DNA of 24,834 nt from an uncultured virus (IMG/VR IMGVR_UViG_3300032331_003338) (taxonomy: Duplodnaviria > Heunggongvirae > Uroviricota > Caudoviricetes), in IMG/VR virus record IMGVR_UViG_3300032331_003338; one strand, given 5' to 3'. A program made the position numbers and the translations under genes. Shown one piece after another: positions 24,199 through 24,834 of this stretch (positions are counted from its first letter, which is position 1; each line of letters opens with the position of its first letter). Below the pieces are notes generated by a model that worked only from the letters and a program-made list of their open reading frames with translations, was not told the origin of the DNA and did not search any database.

Positions 24199-24834
24199 AT
24201 GAGTGAACTTAACGAAAAGTTGCAGGAAGTGCAGAAGGGTCTGGATGACCTCGGCGCTGCCCCGCACCTTGTTGGCCGTGTTGCCGACGAGAGTATTGAT
24301 GTAGCCGAGGCCTATGCAACTCAGCGCGAACTTCGCAAGAAGTTCTCGAAGATGAGCCGCACAGAGCTTGGCGAAATGCTTGACATCCAGGCAACCCGCG
24401 AAGGCGGGAAGCAGGCTTCTTCGGACGTTCTTAACCGCCTTGCGGTTGCGAACCCGAACATTGCCAAGCTTCTTGACTCGACGGGCGGCACGGCTCTTAT
24501 CCGACAGGACCTTGAGCCAATTCTTTACGCTTTGTTCGTAAAGAAGTTCCCATTCTTTGAGCGCCTGCGCAAGGAGCCGGCAAACGGCCTCGTGCACGCA
24601 TTCAATCAGCAGTCAGCCTTTGGCGATGCAGTCTTCCAGACGGAGACCGGCACCGTTACAGACGACGTAAACACCTATGCGCGACAGACGACCAACGTGG
24701 CCGTCCTCGCAACCCGCCGTGGTATCACCCTGAAGTCGCAGTTTGCGATTACCCAGGGCGGCGCTCCGGGGCAGCAGGGCCTTTCGACTGAGCTTGAGGG
24801 TGGCGTAACCGCTATCGCCAAGAAGCTTCAGAAG
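24199..24834 (+). CDS. Major capsid protein (3' partial, not in ORF track)
   Basis: AGGAG RBS; frame open to window end; GGTALIRQDLEP..; position directly after protease/scaffold. Confidence 0.8.
   Translation, partial: MSELNEKLQEVQKGLDDLGAAPHLVGRVADESIDVAEAYATQRELRKKFSKMSRTELGEMLDIQATREGGKQASSDVLNRLAVANPNIAKLLDSTGGTALIRQDLEPILYALFVKKFPFFERLRKEPANGLVHAFNQQSAFGDAVFQTETGTVTDDVNTYARQTTNVAVLATRRGITLKSQFAITQGGAPGQQGLSTELEGGVTAIAKKLQK

Overview
A fragment of a GC-rich tailed-phage (Caudoviricetes-like) genome in three blocks. (1) 1-12600, + strand: an early/host-takeover-like region of about 28 small, mostly unknown genes (HTH protein, RadC/JAB, DUF3846-like, many CxxC micro-proteins, a duplicated gene). 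It has about 14 sigma70-type promoters, conserved leader motifs and intrinsic terminators. From about 5760 on it is built as self-contained promoter-RBS-gene-terminator cassettes separated by a recurring strand-asymmetric spacer: a TCA/TTA/CTA cluster then CCCC tracts, i.e. G4-like tracts plus tandem stop codons on the - strand. Two tandem structured non-coding segments lie at 3385-3910. (2) 12716-22247, - strand: HNH, thioredoxin, SSB, RusA, DnaC-like loader, DnaD-like protein, PD-(D/E)XK nuclease, Rad52/Sak-like annealing protein, XRE HTH, HNH, a C5 DNA methyltransferase whose motif IX lies in a nested alternative frame, and a portal fused to a HAD phosphatase and an unknown domain. (3) 22464-end, + strand: prohead protease-scaffold fusion and the start of the major capsid protein. 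All family calls come from motif recognition by eye; no database searches were run.
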